DNA of 64,000 bases from positions 128,001 to 192,000 of the forward strand of contig CAWKHF010000009.1 in the NCBI GenBank assembly GCA_963849325.1, given 5' to 3'. Source of the DNA: an uncultured Planctomycetota bacterium (GTDB lineage Bacteria; Planctomycetota; Planctomycetia; Gemmatales; Gemmataceae). This document shows, piece by piece, positions 62,282 to 64,000 of this stretch; position 1 is the stretch's first letter, and each line of letters starts with the position of its first letter. A program made the position numbers and the translations under genes. Under the pieces are notes generated by a model. That model was not told where the DNA came from and made no database searches. It saw only the letters and a list, made by a program, of their open reading frames with translations.

Positions 62282-64000
62282 TCAATCGCTCGTCAAATCT
62301 CGGGCCATGCGGACGAACGCCGCCACACGCAGAAGATGATGCCCCGCACGGCGTCCTTCCCAACGCAGGGTGTGACTCTTCTGTTCCAGAGCCTCGGCCA
62401 ACGGCGCGATGCGCTCCGCCAGCCGCGCCAGTCCGACGGCCTCGCCCTGACGCTGTAAGTCCCGCCAGCGACGGGCGACGAGCGGATCGCTCCGCTGCAA
62501 ACCCAGCACGAACAGCTCACCCAGCCCCGCTTGCAGGCTCAGCAAGTAGTCGCCAAGCGGGTCCGCCCCTTGTGGCATTGCCGACAATTCGATGTCAGCT
62601 CCCACTGTCTCCCGGTGCCGCTCGATCCAGGGTTGCAAGGTGCTCCGCTTCGTGCCGTCCTGCCAAACCAGGCATACCGGATGGATCATCAGCCCGACGG
62701 CGCCGCGCTGCACGGAGCCGGAGACGAAGCGCAACTCCTTCGGTTTTTCGCCCAAGCACGCCAGCAGCGCCTCGGCGCCCGCCTGGCCGCGCGACGTGTA
62801 CGGATGGACGAGCCGCATGCGCTGGCCGCGTCGGTCGAGAAGGACGGCCTGCACGCTCTGCGTGGCGGCGTGGAACTGCACGCTGTCGGCGGCGGTCACG
62901 GCGCAGACGTGGAAGTCCTCGGCCACGCGCCGCGGCCGTAGCGACGCCGGCGGCAGCGCGCTCAGCCGTGCCTCCAGTTCGGCGAACTCCTCGACCAGGA
63001 CGGGAGGACGCAGACTTTCCCACGCGAATGCCTGCGGCTGCACGCTGGCGTCGGAGCGGCCGGGAATCAGGTGGAAACTCGCCGTCCGTTTGCCGCCGCG
63101 AATGAGCAGTTGTCCCGCCCCCAGCGTGGCGAACGAACTGCCCTTGGCCGCCGATGCCTGGGCCAGTTCACCGAAGGCGCGCGGCGGCTTGGCCGGGTCG
63201 GGATCGTCCGCGAACTCCTTGCACACCGCCACGAGGCTGCCCGAATCGCTGTCCTGCAAGTAGGCCGTCAGCTCGACGCTGCGTTTCTTCAGCCGGACCC
63301 CGCAGCCCAGGCCGATGAAACGCGCACTGCCGAGGTTCAACGGCCGGTCGGCGCTGGTGCCGCGAAGGAGCAACTGCGGCAGCGCCCCCGTGTCGTGGCG
63401 GATGGCGTCGAGGCGAATCAGCCATTCGCCGATTAAGTCCGCCACGCGCTCCGGGGCGAACAGGGCGTCGTGCTCGGCATAGCGCTTGTGCTGCTCACCC
63501 AACTCCGCGAGGATCGTCGCGGGCCAGATCAGATCGTTCTGCCGGCAAGCCTCTTCGAGGCGCGTCAGCCGGCTGCCCCAGGCCGACGCCGCCCCCGAGA
63601 TGCCATGTTCGCAGAAGTCGAGGACGGCGTTTTCGAGTTCGTCGAGCAGATCGGTCGGCGCCGCGGGCGTTTTCTCGCCGGTGGCGAGAATTCCGGCGCT
63701 TTGGTTCGGTCCCAGGCGGCGAAACGCCCACACGGCCAGCGGGACGTGGCTGCAAGGGGTCGGCTCCGCGCAATCGCAGTGGGTGTAGCGCACGTCGCCC
63801 GGCACGAGGAAGCGCACGAGACAGGCTTGCAGGTGAAAGCGTGCGCTGGGCTTGCTGCTGCGGACCAACTCGACGAGGACTCCCTGCTCAAACTGCGCGG
63901 AACCTTCGTGAACGCGGCCGGTCGGTAGTGCCGGGCCAGTTCTTCATCCGAGATGGTGCCCGGATCCCACGCTTCCGCCGGCGCGGACCGCCCTGTCCGT
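62282..64000 (-). CDS. SWIM zinc-finger-containing protein, 5' end outside the window; probable frameshift near 63890
   Basis: HCDCAEPTPCSH (CxC-xn-CxH) motif; long ORF 62282-63868. Confidence 0.7.

Overview
GC-rich bacterial DNA, most likely from a planctomycete of the Gemmataceae type. This is inferred from a TIGR03000-domain protein, a TIGR02999/ECF43-type sigma factor paired with a Ser/Thr kinase, and a planctomycete-style NusG paralogue. Many genes carry single-base frameshifts that look like uncorrected long-read errors. Positions ~3.8-46 kb form a general-stress/desiccation-type island: SRPBCC + Zn-dehydrogenase, an 8-domain heptose/carbamoyl glycosylation operon, PPase, YhfW-like oxidoreductase, DUF892 ferritin-like protein, Hsp20, FumC, SDRs, Gfo/Idh/MocA, a diheme cytochrome, HAD, cupin, CHAD, CBS, an erythromycin-esterase-family protein and a ~9 kb cyclic beta-1,2-glucan synthase. 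The strongest signal outside the ORF track is that nearly every transcription unit of this island has a correctly oriented sigma54 -24/-12 box: 11 near-consensus YGGYAY-N5-TTGC sites plus weaker ones, several in divergent or overlapping pairs. This suggests an RpoN-run general stress regulon. A second signal is at least 8 families of REP-like palindromes and heptamer repeats, some read in frame inside genes or supplying stop codons. Downstream lie relics (helicase fragment, orphan NusG paralogue, WecB/TagA fragment), a Tat molybdo-oxidoreductase pair, an ECF-kinase cassette bracketed by IS1380-type ends, nth, an FHA protein, egtBD, a membrane protein, a TauE/SafE transporter and a SWIM protein. 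No rRNA, tRNA or CRISPR array was seen.
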